The notes under the pieces: model-generated
What the model saw: only the letters and a program-made list of their open reading frames with translations
Told to the model about the DNA's origin: nothing
Database searches by the model: none
Origin: Thermovirgaceae bacterium
GTDB taxonomy: Bacteria > Synergistota > Synergistia > Synergistales > Thermovirgaceae
Length of the DNA: 62,696 bases
Direction: 5' to 3'
NCBI GenBank assembly: GCA_046542505.1
Contig: JBKHBH010000002.1
Span: 1-62,696 of the forward strand
Made by a program: the position numbers and the translations under genes
Part shown: one piece after another, positions 48,915 through 57,889 of the stretch
Layout: each line of letters begins with the position of its first letter
Numbering within the stretch: position 1 is the first letter of the stretch

Positions 48915-48959
48915 TGTCAGACCACACCCCTGTCTTGCCCGCTGCATCCTGCAGCTGCA

Positions 48960-50348
48960 TCAGCGATAAAGCTGCTTCAACTGTGTCTTAGGGTAATAGT
49001 GGCTGAGGATCTTCCTGCAATCCCATCCTTCTTCGGCCATTTTTTTCGCTCCCCACTGCGACATGCCGACACCGTGCCCCCATCCTCTTCCCCGGATCGT
49101 GACCGTTCCTGGCGAAGCACCGCCTCGTGTATGTTGCGTTTCCCTTTCGACGCCGCTTTGTCTTTTGAGAGCCAAACGGAAGTATTCGGCCCGCTTTCCC
49201 GGATGTAACAGCATATCCATCATTTCAGCGGAACTGAACACACCTTTTTCTATCATGCCCGTCAAGGCACCTTCATCGTAGTCGGTCACAGAAGCTTTGG
49301 TTTCCTTCTCGGACGAAGAAGGCTCAGCAGACGTCACACGAGACTGCTGGCCTTGCGAAATGGTAAAGTACGTGCTCTTGACTTTAGAGCTTCCAAGGGC
49401 CATTCGAAAATGACTCGCTTTCATTTTCGCCCGCCCCCTGTCGCCCAGGATGCCCACATAAACGGCGCGTCCGGCTCGGTCGGTGGAGAGAATGCGTACT
49501 TCCGTCACATTCCCGACATTGAGACCTTTCGGTTTGAGGACTTCCTCGATTTCCTGCAAGTTCAGGGAGACCTGCCAGCTCGAGTAAGGGGATTCATAAT
49601 CGAAGGGTTCTGGCCGGGACGTCAAATAGGGGATATTTCCTCCCCAGACATCGGCCACATTCGCCGTGTGCCCCCCGCTGTCCGCATGATAGGGAGTGAC
49701 GGCAAGAGCACCGCTTCCAGTGGAAATCACCATGCCTTTTGTGGCTTCTATGGCTCTCGTCAACCGTGTATCCTCGGCATTCACCCCCCGGTAAACCTGG
49801 CAGTGGGACAAGGCACACAGATCATAACCTTCACTTCCATGTTTCCCGAGATTCCTGAGGGCATATGTCCGTGCCACGATTGCCTGTGCCTTGAGGACTT
49901 CAAAATCCCAGGCCGGATTCACCTCCATCTTGAGCACACCTCGCAGATAATTCTCCACACCCAGTGTGTTGACAACGGTAAACCCGCTGTTTGCCTTCAC
50001 AAGCCGCAGTGTTCCCCTATAGGGGTGTTTGCCCCACTGGAGCAGCCTTGTCCCCGATATCTCGACAGGCAGTTGAAATGACGTGTTACCAATGGTAACT
50101 GAACTTCCCGAGCGGTCTTTGGAAACGGTGACGCTCCCCTTTCTGCTCATGGTCTTTCCGGCGGCATCCCTGAAATTCATCGTTCCCGACGACGAAAGCG
50201 TTCCGCGCGTCTGGTTCGTGGCGACTCCGATGCGGACCTGTTTTTCTGCCGCGGAAGCCGGCAGTGGCAACCTGAAAACCATGGCGCCGGCCGAAATAAA
50301 GACAAAAAGAAGAAAAACCCTTTTGAACACTGTCATCTGTCGGAACAT
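48960..50348 (-). CDS. SpoIID/LytB family lytic transglycosylase, exported
   Basis: Signal peptide, E.YL.GV...E, LKAQA..ARTYA, CQVY.G, G.GWGHGVGMSQWGA, IL.HYYP. Confidence 0.92.
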   Translation of the reverse strand: MFRQMTVFKRVFLLFVFISAGAMVFRLPLPASAAEKQVRIGVATNQTRGTLSSSGTMNFRDAAGKTMSRKGSVTVSKDRSGSSVTIGNTSFQLPVEISGTRLLQWGKHPYRGTLRLVKANSGFTVVNTLGVENYLRGVLKMEVNPAWDFEVLKAQAIVARTYALRNLGKHGSEGYDLCALSHCQVYRGVNAEDTRLTRAIEATKGMVISTGSGALAVTPYHADSGGHTANVADVWGGNIPYLTSRPEPFDYESPYSSWQVSLNLQEIEEVLKPKGLNVGNVTEVRILSTDRAGRAVYVGILGDRGRAKMKASHFRMALGSSKVKSTYFTISQGQQSRVTSAEPSSSEKETKASVTDYDEGALTGMIEKGVFSSAEMMDMLLHPGKRAEYFRLALKRQSGVERETQHTRGGASPGTVTIRGRGWGHGVGMSQWGAKKMAEEGWDCRKILSHYYPKTQLKQLYR

Positions 50349-50390
50349 GATGTAGAATCCTCCCACAATACAAGGCTCAGGATCTGAAAC

Positions 50391-50618
50391 CTACCGGAAA
50401 AAGCGAAAAATGACGTTCACTATCAGTGTCAGCAGGACACTGATGACCAACATTGACATGAAAGGGACGAAAAGAACAAAATTCTGCTTTCTGATGACGA
50501 TGTCTCCCGGGAGCTTCCCGAAAGGTAGGTGAAGCCTTCCTGAAAAAATCAGGATAATTCCCAGAATAATCAGGATACCGCCGACGAGGAGGAAGGTCTT
50601 CCCGATTCCCTGCATCAT
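50391..50618 (-). CDS. DUF2905 family small membrane protein
   Basis: Two TM helices with GKLPGDI; ruvB-DUF2905-spoIID-queA synteny. Confidence 0.88.
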   Translation of the reverse strand: MMQGIGKTFLLVGGILIILGIILIFSGRLHLPFGKLPGDIVIRKQNFVLFVPFMSMLVISVLLTLIVNVIFRFFR

Positions 50619-50636
50619 GTTTCGTCACCTCTTGCT

Positions 50637-51689
50637 TCAACTGTCTTCGTCCTCCGTCAATTCAAGCCGTTCCTGCGTAAAGTCACTTTCAGGCTCTTTG
50701 ACACCGAGATAGTCATAGCCTTTGGATGTGGCTTTTCTGCCCCGTGGCGTTCTCTCAATCAGTCCCCGTTGTATGAGGAAAGGTTCGTAGATGTCCTCGA
50801 TGGTCTGGCTTTCCTCCTGAAGGGCCGCAGAGAGGGTGGAAAGCCCCACTGGCCCGCCGCCGAACAAATTGACCAGAACCCTCAGATACCGGCGATCACA
50901 TTCGTCCAGTCCCCTGCCGTCGACACCAAGCATATCAAGGGCCTTCTCCGCAAGGGACGCGTCGATCGCACCATATTCCCTCACTTCTGCCACGTCGCGC
51001 ACCCTCTTGAGCAGCCTGAGAGCGATTCTTGGTGTCCCGCGGGCCCGCTCGGCAACAAGTCGCGAGGCATTATCTGAAATTTCGACCCCCAGCAGTTCAG
51101 CTCCGCGCATGACGATTTCTTTCAGTTCCTCCGGTTCGTAGAGATTGAGTTGTTCCACAATCCCGAAACGGGCCCGGAGGGGTGAAGTGATGAGACCAAG
51201 TCTGGTTGTCGCCCCGACAAGTGTAAAAGGGGGAAGGGTAAGCCTGATGTTTCTCGCCATGGGACCCTTCCCCACAATGATGTCCAATGAGAAATCCTCC
51301 ATGCCTGGATACAGGACCTCTTCTACAACGGGCGACAACCGGTGAATCTCGTCAATAAACAGGACATCCATGGGCTGCAGGTTCGAGAGAATGGCCGCCA
51401 GGTCTCCCGCCCTTTCGAGTGCCGGGCCAGATGTGATTCGGATCTGCCCTTTCATTTCCCGGGCGATGATGCCCGCGAGGGTCGTCTTGCCCAATCCAGG
51501 CGGGCCATAGAAAAGGCAATGATCCAGAGGCTCCCCTCTCATCCTTGCCGCCTTTATGTAAATTCCCAGCTTCTCCTTGAGCTCCGCCTGTCCGACGAAA
51601 CTTCCGAGGGAAACCGGTCTGATTCCCGGAGAATCCTCTTCCGTGTTCTTGCTGGACATGTCAACTATCCGTCCGGAGCCGTCAGTCAT
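50637..51689 (-). CDS. ruvB: Holliday junction branch migration helicase RuvB
   Basis: [33 protein letters not shown]. Confidence 0.98.
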   Translation of the reverse strand: MTDGSGRIVDMSSKNTEEDSPGIRPVSLGSFVGQAELKEKLGIYIKAARMRGEPLDHCLFYGPPGLGKTTLAGIIAREMKGQIRITSGPALERAGDLAAILSNLQPMDVLFIDEIHRLSPVVEEVLYPGMEDFSLDIIVGKGPMARNIRLTLPPFTLVGATTRLGLITSPLRARFGIVEQLNLYEPEELKEIVMRGAELLGVEISDNASRLVAERARGTPRIALRLLKRVRDVAEVREYGAIDASLAEKALDMLGVDGRGLDECDRRYLRVLVNLFGGGPVGLSTLSAALQEESQTIEDIYEPFLIQRGLIERTPRGRKATSKGYDYLGVKEPESDFTQERLELTEDEDS

Positions 51690-51706
51690 CGGAAAACCCC
51701 TTTTCC

Positions 51707-52306
51707 CTACGTCCGGTGCTGCAATTGCCCGAGTGCCGCCTGTAACAGGGCTTCTTCGGTCTCAGCCGCGGCAGGCTCACCTCTTGAAGCCCCAGCCACC
51801 GCCCGCATGGCCTCACCTTGCGAGAATCCAAGTCCGGCAAGCGCTTCGAGCACCGTCCCGGTGATCTTTCGGTCGCCGAGCATCGGCCGCAGAGACGAGG
51901 ACGCCGACTTTTCAATTTTCTGCTTCAACTCGAAACATACCCGCTCAGCGGTTTTTTTCCCGACTCCGGGAACCGTTGCCAAAAGATGTGCCTGTGACGT
52001 GGCGATTGCTTCGGCGATTTCGCCAAGGTCCAGGTGCCTGAGAAAAGACATGGCCATCTTCGCCCCGACGCCCTTGACGGTCAAAAGCAACTGAAAAAGC
52101 TCTCTTTCTTCTTCTTCCTTGAAACCATACAAACCGAAACCGTTTTCCGCGACCTGCAAATGCGTAAATATCTTCAGTTGTTGTCCTTCCTCCACCGAGG
52201 AAAAAACGCTTTTGGAACAAAAAACAAAAAACCCGAAGCCCTGGACGGAAAGGCAAATGCCGTCATCATGCTTTTCGGTGACATGTCCTTCAAGATATCG
52301 GAGCAT
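51707..52306 (-). CDS. ruvA: Holliday junction DNA-binding protein RuvA
   Basis: LYGF...[23 protein letters not shown]; start ATG 52306. Confidence 0.96.
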   Translation of the reverse strand: MLRYLEGHVTEKHDDGICLSVQGFGFFVFCSKSVFSSVEEGQQLKIFTHLQVAENGFGLYGFKEEEERELFQLLLTVKGVGAKMAMSFLRHLDLGEIAEAIATSQAHLLATVPGVGKKTAERVCFELKQKIEKSASSSLRPMLGDRKITGTVLEALAGLGFSQGEAMRAVAGASRGEPAAAETEEALLQAALGQLQHRT

Positions 52307-52808
52307 TATACCCACTCCCTCCCGTCCGGTCCTCAAATTCCTTGATGGTGATCCCCGCAAGAGCCACTGCAAGGGCATCCGCCGCATCATCTGGAGTCGG
52401 TATTGCCGGAAGACCGTAGATTCGCTGCACCATCTGCTGAACCTGCCGCTTTTGCGCGTGTCCGCTTCCGCAAACGGCATTTTTCACCTGTGCCGGGGTC
52501 GGTTCAATTACGTTAAGGCCGTTGAGGGCACCCAAAAGAAGAATCACACCCCTGACCTGGAAGATCATTTCCGCCGTGGTTCTGTTGCGCCCGAAAAAAA
52601 GTCTTTCCACTGCGAGAAGTCCGGGCCGCTTTCTATCCACCATTTCTCGGAGCGTCACATATAGGAATGAAAGCCTTTCGGGCAAAGGCTTACCAGCCTT
52701 CGTCTCTATAACGCCGAAGACCAAAGCCCTGTACGCACTGCCTTCGCTTTCCACCAGCGCGTAGCCGAGCCTTCCAAGTCCCGGATCGATGCCAAGGCAA
52801 AGGGCCAT
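52290..52808 (-). CDS. ruvC: Crossover junction endodeoxyribonuclease RuvC
   Basis: GIDPG, VERLFF, VK.AV.G.G.A.K.QV, DDAADALA. Confidence 0.97.
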   Translation of the reverse strand: MALCLGIDPGLGRLGYALVESEGSAYRALVFGVIETKAGKPLPERLSFLYVTLREMVDRKRPGLLAVERLFFGRNRTTAEMIFQVRGVILLLGALNGLNVIEPTPAQVKNAVCGSGHAQKRQVQQMVQRIYGLPAIPTPDDAADALAVALAGITIKEFEDRTGGSGYNAPIS

Positions 52809-52811
52809 GGT

Positions 52812-53564
52812 TCAGCCTGCGATTTCCTCTATCATTTCGTCATCGATGTCAAAGTTCGCATACACGTTCTGCACATCGTCGTGATCTTCAAGAGCGTACA
52901 TGAATTTGAGGATTTTGGCCGCTTCTTCTCTGGATCGTACTTTTACGTAGTTCTTTGGGGTCATGTCGACCTCGGCCTTCTCCACGCTATAGCCCAGAGC
53001 CTGAAGTTTCTCCCGGACATCTGAGAGTACTGGAGGGTTTGTCGTCACCGTAAACCCCCCCTTTTCTTTCGCGAGGTCCTCAGCCCCGCTCTCAAGGCAG
53101 GCGGTCAGCAGTTCTTCCTCGTCAAGCCCCTCTCCTTGAACGAATAGAATCCCTTTCCGTTCAAAAAGCCAGGAAACGCACCCTGACTCGCCCAGCGACC
53201 CGCCGCTTTTGCTGAACAAGTGTCGTATTTCCGATGCCGTACGGTTTTTGTTGTCCGTCAAGGTTTCCACCAGTACGGCGATTCCTCCTGAGCCGTACCC
53301 TTCGTAGACAACTTCCTCGTACCGGACTCCTTCCATGTCCCCTGTTCCTTTCTTGATGGCTTTTTCAATCGAATCAGAGGGAAGGTTTACTGATTTGGCT
53401 CGATCTATCGCTGCTTTCAGGCGTACGTTCATTGCAGGATCTCCGCCGCCTTCGCGGGCGGCGACCATGATCGCCCTGACATGTTTCTGGAACTCCCGAC
53501 CTCTCTTGGCGTCCTGCGCAGCCTTGCGATGCTTGATATTCGCCCATTTTGAGTGTCCTGCCAT
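52812..53564 (-). CDS. yebC: YebC/PmpR family protein
   Basis: MAGHSKWANIKHRK, YEGYG, TDNKNRT, DDVQNVYAN. Confidence 0.96.
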   Translation of the reverse strand: MAGHSKWANIKHRKAAQDAKRGREFQKHVRAIMVAAREGGGDPAMNVRLKAAIDRAKSVNLPSDSIEKAIKKGTGDMEGVRYEEVVYEGYGSGGIAVLVETLTDNKNRTASEIRHLFSKSGGSLGESGCVSWLFERKGILFVQGEGLDEEELLTACLESGAEDLAKEKGGFTVTTNPPVLSDVREKLQALGYSVEKAEVDMTPKNYVKVRSREEAAKILKFMYALEDHDDVQNVYANFDIDDEMIEEIAG

Positions 53565-53570
53565 ATCCCA

Positions 53571-54344
53571 TCACCTCTGGTATGTGTCGACATTGTTGTC
53601 GATACTGCATATCGGGGGCATTTCCCGTTTGTGGGAAGACCGGTCTTTCATGGCGTCGATCTTCTGCCGTGCTTCTCCGGGAATTTCCCCTCCGGAAAGA
53701 TACGTGTCGATGATGTCATAATCAAGGCCGATCTCCCCTGCATCGGTCTGTCCTTTCCAAAGTCCCGCCGAGGGAGGTTTCGAAACGATCTGTTCCGGTA
53801 CGCCAAGATACCGTGCGACTTCCCGGACCTCGCCCTTCAGGAGATCACCGAGGGGAAGAACGTCCACTCCAGAATCACCATACTTCGTAAAGTACCCGAT
53901 GGTCAGCTCCGCCTTGTTTCCGGTTCCGCAAACAAGATATTTGAGTTGCTGCCCCAGAAGGTAGAGCGTCGTCATACGCAACCGCGGCTTGACGTTAGCC
54001 AGCGGCAGGCGGTCGAAACTGTCCTGTACCACCAAAACGGATTCCGTCAAAGATTCGAATACGGGGGTGAGGTCCACAAGCGTGTGCGGAAGATCAAGGG
54101 CTTCAGCCACCCTGTAGGCATCCCTGACGTCCTCCTCCAGGCTGTGACAGGGCATGATCACAGCGAGCATGTCGGAACCGCACACGTTTTTCAACATGGC
54201 TGCCACCACGGCTGAATCAATTCCCCCACTGAGACCGACGATTCCCCCGCGCCTGCCGGAACTCCGCAACCTTTTCCCAAGCCATTCCTCGATCATCACG
54301 GCAAGCTTTTCGGGATCCCTGTAAGCGGATTGCAAGGGCACCAT
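53571..54344 (-). CDS. nadE: NH3-dependent NAD(+) synthetase
   Basis: GLSGGIDS, N.K.R.RM, GYFTKYGD, PSAGL..GQTD. Confidence 0.96.
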   Translation of the reverse strand: MVPLQSAYRDPEKLAVMIEEWLGKRLRSSGRRGGIVGLSGGIDSAVVAAMLKNVCGSDMLAVIMPCHSLEEDVRDAYRVAEALDLPHTLVDLTPVFESLTESVLVVQDSFDRLPLANVKPRLRMTTLYLLGQQLKYLVCGTGNKAELTIGYFTKYGDSGVDVLPLGDLLKGEVREVARYLGVPEQIVSKPPSAGLWKGQTDAGEIGLDYDIIDTYLSGGEIPGEARQKIDAMKDRSSHKREMPPICSIDNNVDTYQR

Positions 54345-54427
54345 CTCCAGACTGTATGTTTCCCGTCAAATCATCACGTGATATTCTAACACAGCCGATG
54401 TTTCGGAATATACGTCCCCGGCAGGTG

Positions 54428-56122
54428 ATGACCGTGACAAAAAGGGCTCTTCTTGTGGACGGCTATGTCGATGAGCCTGCTTGCTTCGGAGTCCCCCCGT
54501 ATATCTCGCCCTATGTGCGGTACCTTTTCGGCGTGATGACAACACATGGTTTTGAGATCCGGTACGTGACCGCCGACGAATGGAGGAAGATACCGCACCG
54601 GGAGGCTGTCGCCCAGGCCGATATCCTTGCAGTCATAGCCGGTCTGACCGTTCCGGGCCGTTATCGGGGAGGCTCTCCACTGACGTTGCGTGAAATCAGG
54701 GAAATTTGCTCTTTGCCGAGAAAGGGGCCTCTTTTCATCGGGGGACCCATTCGTCACGGATACACCCTCAAGGGCGGGAGCAGGGCAATGGATATGATCA
54801 CGGACGGTGTCGATTGTCTTTGCACCGGGGATCCCGAAGCCACTCTAGACCATTTCCTCAGGACCGGTGAATACGACCCCTCAAGGAAAAGGACCTACGA
54901 GGACCTCTCTCGTTGGGCCCTTCCGGGGGCCGAGGTCGTCAAATCCCATCCTTTTTATCCATGGTTAATGGCCGAGCTCGAGCTCTCCCGTGGGTGTGAC
55001 CGTAAAAATGGTCACTGCAGCTTTTGCTCAGAAGGCTTCCACTCATTCTACGAAGAACGCCCTGCTCCTGATATTGCTGAAGAGGCCAGGGCGCTGGCAA
55101 AGGCGGGAATTACTGCATTCAGATTCGGAAGATGCTCCAACATTCTCTCCTGGGGCGGCAGGGGCAATCCTTCGGGCGTACGCCCCTCGGCCGAAAGGCT
55201 CAGGGAGCTGTATACCGAACTCCGCGCTGCTTGCGACGGCCTCGAGGTCCTTCATACGGACAACTGTAACCCCTTGACCATTGTGTCTTTTCCTGATGAA
55301 TCCCTAGCCGCCCTCGAGGAGATCAGTCGATGGAACACCGAGGGGGATGTGCTTTCCCTCGGCATAGAAAGCCTCGACCTCGACGTGCTGAAACTGAACA
55401 ACCTGAAAGTTGATCAGGAAGGAGCGATGCTTGCTATCCGGCTGATCAACGAAGCCGGCGGGTGGAGAAAACGAAAGCGGGGTTTGCCGTCGCTTCTTCC
55501 CGGTCTGAACTTCCTCACGGGACTTGCAGGTGAGGATGCTCACACATTTGATGCAAACCGACGCTTTCTCGAGCGTCTCCTCTCGGAGAACCTCATGGTT
55601 CGCCGGATCAATATCAGGCAGGTCATGCTTTTTCCCGAAACGCCTCTGGAAAAACTTCTTGAAGAACACCCTTCCCGCACGAGAAAAAAAAGCTTTCTGA
55701 AATGGAAAAGCTGGGTGAGAGAAGTCGTCGACCCTGCCATGCTGAAACGCGTGGCACCTGTCGGCACGGTACTGAGGCGTGTGAGGCTTGAAGAAAAACG
55801 AGGTCACTGGCATTTCGGAAGATCCCTGGGAAGCTATCCTCTTCTTGTGGGCGTCGCCACCTCGAAAGAAACTACAAATGACGTTATTGACGTGGTCGTA
55901 ACTGATCACGGAAGCAGATCGGTGACAGGCATACCAACACCGATAGACGTCAACCGGTGCAGCATGGAAGAACTTGAAACCCTTCCGGGAATCGGGAAAG
56001 CCAGGGCCAAAAGAATCATGCAGTCGAGACCCTTTTCCCGATTTGGCGACCTCGAAGTCGCTCTCGATGAGCCCCGGCTTCTGGATGATTTCCGGGAGCT
56101 TTTCCTTTTTTCAAAACCCTGA
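54428..56122 (+). CDS. Radical SAM protein with C-terminal helix-hairpin-helix (archaeal/Thermotoga-type, COG1031-like); start uncertain
   Basis: DGYVDEPACFGVPPYISPYVRY, RGCDRKNGHCSFC, LHTDN.NP, RRINIRQV, GR.LGSYPLLVG, LPGIGK.RA. Confidence 0.85.
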   Translation: MTVTKRALLVDGYVDEPACFGVPPYISPYVRYLFGVMTTHGFEIRYVTADEWRKIPHREAVAQADILAVIAGLTVPGRYRGGSPLTLREIREICSLPRKGPLFIGGPIRHGYTLKGGSRAMDMITDGVDCLCTGDPEATLDHFLRTGEYDPSRKRTYEDLSRWALPGAEVVKSHPFYPWLMAELELSRGCDRKNGHCSFCSEGFHSFYEERPAPDIAEEARALAKAGITAFRFGRCSNILSWGGRGNPSGVRPSAERLRELYTELRAACDGLEVLHTDNCNPLTIVSFPDESLAALEEISRWNTEGDVLSLGIESLDLDVLKLNNLKVDQEGAMLAIRLINEAGGWRKRKRGLPSLLPGLNFLTGLAGEDAHTFDANRRFLERLLSENLMVRRINIRQVMLFPETPLEKLLEEHPSRTRKKSFLKWKSWVREVVDPAMLKRVAPVGTVLRRVRLEEKRGHWHFGRSLGSYPLLVGVATSKETTNDVIDVVVTDHGSRSVTGIPTPIDVNRCSMEELETLPGIGKARAKRIMQSRPFSRFGDLEVALDEPRLLDDFRELFLFSKP

Positions 56123-56152
56123 ATTTTTTTGGACCATCCAAAAAGTCTCCGG

Positions 56153-56182
56153 TTGCCCGGTACAGCCGGCTCATTGCATAAT
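56153..56182 (+). promoter_or_regulatory. Putative nikR promoter
   Basis: TTGCCC-18 nt-CATAAT. Confidence 0.45.
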
Positions 56183-56242
56183 AGAAAGGGCACGTTCATG
56201 GTCTATTCCAGCGTTGCTCACCCCTTCAAAGGAGGGTCTTTT

Positions 56243-56650
56243 ATGGAAAAGCTCGCCCGATTCAGTGTATCTCTTCCCGAGTCGCTTCTTGAGGAGTTCG
56301 ATGCCCGGATCGAGACCACCGGGCATAAAAACCGTTCTGAAGCACTACGATACCTCATAAGGGACTTCATCGCCGAATCTTGCTGGGAATGTGGCACGGA
56401 AAGCGTCTACGGAACAATTACCATCACTTATGACCACCATTCCCATGACACCGCCCAGGAGCTGACGGCATTGCAGCATGATTTCGGTCATATCATCATC
56501 TGCTCCACCCATGTGCATATAGATCACGACCACTGCTTCGAAGTCATCGTTCTCAGGGGTGCCTCAAAAGAAGTAAAACGCTTCGTCGAGGCCCTTTCGG
56601 GGCTCAAAAGCGTTTATTCAACGAAACCGGTATTTACCGTTCTTATATAA
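56243..56650 (+). CDS. nikR: Nickel-responsive transcriptional regulator NikR
   Basis: RFSVSL ribbon-helix-helix, NRSEA.R, YDHH, QHD, HVHIDHDHC.E Ni ligands; GGAGG RBS. Confidence 0.95.
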   Translation: MEKLARFSVSLPESLLEEFDARIETTGHKNRSEALRYLIRDFIAESCWECGTESVYGTITITYDHHSHDTAQELTALQHDFGHIIICSTHVHIDHDHCFEVIVLRGASKEVKRFVEALSGLKSVYSTKPVFTVLI

Positions 56651-56693
56651 AAGGCCGGGAAGGCCGCCCGACGGGCGGCCTTCAGATGCCTCA
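56651..56693 (-). promoter_or_regulatory. SECIS-like stem-loop (could alternatively or also be the terminator between convergent genes)
   Basis: UGA, 18 nt, then a loop starting GU; 11-bp perfect upper stem GAAGGCCGCCC/GGGCGGCCTTC; lower stem GAGGC/GCCTT. Confidence 0.5.
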
Positions 56694-56858
56694 CCCCGAG
56701 GGTGCGCAACCGGATTTCTTCCCCACTGATTCCCCTTCAAGGAGAATGAGAGTTCGTGAACGGCACTTCGGGCATTTCACATCGCTTTCCGCTGCAGCCA
56801 AGTGAAATTCGTTTCCGCATACGGCGCATCGGAAAAACCGTTCATCGGTCTGTGGCAT
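56691..56858 (-). CDS. Small zinc-ribbon protein (FmdB-like); possible selenoprotein extending to 56682 or 56643
   Basis: CAVC...CPKC ribbon, AAGGAG RBS, tail GCAPSG-TGA-GI-TGA. Confidence 0.8.
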   Translation of the reverse strand: MPQTDERFFRCAVCGNEFHLAAAESDVKCPKCRSRTLILLEGESVGKKSGCAPSG

Positions 56859-56881
56859 GGCGTTCACTCCTTTCAATATCC

Positions 56882-56901
56882 ATTATACCCCAATAGGGTA
56901 T
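56882..56901 (-). promoter_or_regulatory. CsoR/RcnR-family operator-like dyad overlapping a TATAAT -10 box
   Basis: - strand ATACCCTATTGGGGTATAAT, about 25 nt upstream of the Zn-ribbon start. Confidence 0.6.
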
Positions 56902-57848
56902 CAAAGGTTTCCAATGGTGGCAACCATCACGGCCTTTATGGTGTGCAGCCTGTTCTCAGCCTCGTCAAAGACCTTCGACTGCTTCGATTCGAAAACGTCT
57001 TCTGTTACCTCGTTGCCTTTTACCGCCGGCAAACAGTGCAAAAAGATCGTGTCATCCACTCCGGTGGCGGCCATCAGTTCAGCATTGACCCTGTAGGGCT
57101 CGAGAAGGGAGATCCTTTCCTGCAGCTTGTCTTCTTCTCCCATGGAGGCCCAGACATCCGTATAAATGGCGTGGGCTCCCTGCACCGCCCGTTTCGGATC
57201 TTCGTAAAAGGAGATGGATCCTCCCATTTCACCTGCAAGGGCCTTGCACTCCTCCACCAATTCGCTTTGAGGGAAAAGCGATTTCGGGGAGGCGATGGCA
57301 AAATGCATTCCCAGTTTTGCCGAGCCGATCATCAGTGAATTGGCCATATTGTTTCTACCATCGCCAAGGTAAACAAGGCGGCTCCCTTTCAATGATCCGA
57401 AATTTTCTTGAATTGTCAGGAAATCGGCAAGGATCTGCGTCGGATGGTACTGGTCCGTCAAACCGTTCCAGACGGGAACACCGGCATACTTCGCCAGTTC
57501 CTCCACAGTATCCTGACTGAACCCCCTGAACTGGATGCCGTCGAACATCCTGCCAAGCACTCGTGCCGTATCAGCCACGCTTTCCTTGTGTCCAAGCTGA
57601 ATATCGTTCTTGCCTAGATACTCCGGGTGCCCTCCCTCGTCCACACACGCCACGGTAAAAGCACACCTGGTCCTCGTCGAAGGTTTTTCGAATAGGAGGG
57701 CAACGCTCTTGCCTTCCAGGGTGCTGCCCTTGATGCCCGCACGCTTTTTCCTTTTCAACGATGCTGAAAGGTCCAGAAGATACTGGATCTCTCCAGAGCT
57801 GAAGTTCCTCAACGTGAGAAAATGACGTCCCTTGAGATTGATAGCCAC
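56901..57848 (-). CDS. arcB: Ornithine carbamoyltransferase (catabolic context)
   Basis: [29 protein letters not shown]; directly downstream of arcA. Confidence 0.95.
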   Translation of the reverse strand: MAINLKGRHFLTLRNFSSGEIQYLLDLSASLKRKKRAGIKGSTLEGKSVALLFEKPSTRTRCAFTVACVDEGGHPEYLGKNDIQLGHKESVADTARVLGRMFDGIQFRGFSQDTVEELAKYAGVPVWNGLTDQYHPTQILADFLTIQENFGSLKGSRLVYLGDGRNNMANSLMIGSAKLGMHFAIASPKSLFPQSELVEECKALAGEMGGSISFYEDPKRAVQGAHAIYTDVWASMGEEDKLQERISLLEPYRVNAELMAATGVDDTIFLHCLPAVKGNEVTEDVFESKQSKVFDEAENRLHTIKAVMVATIGNL

Positions 57849-57889
57849 TGTTTATCCTCCTTTGTCGAAACTCATGTTATGTGATCTTT

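Noticed and set aside
54369..54378. ATCACGTGAT palindrome in the nadE / radical SAM divergent gap
   Set aside because: A 10-bp palindrome is expected by chance in 62 kb, and it matches no NAD regulator box I can name.
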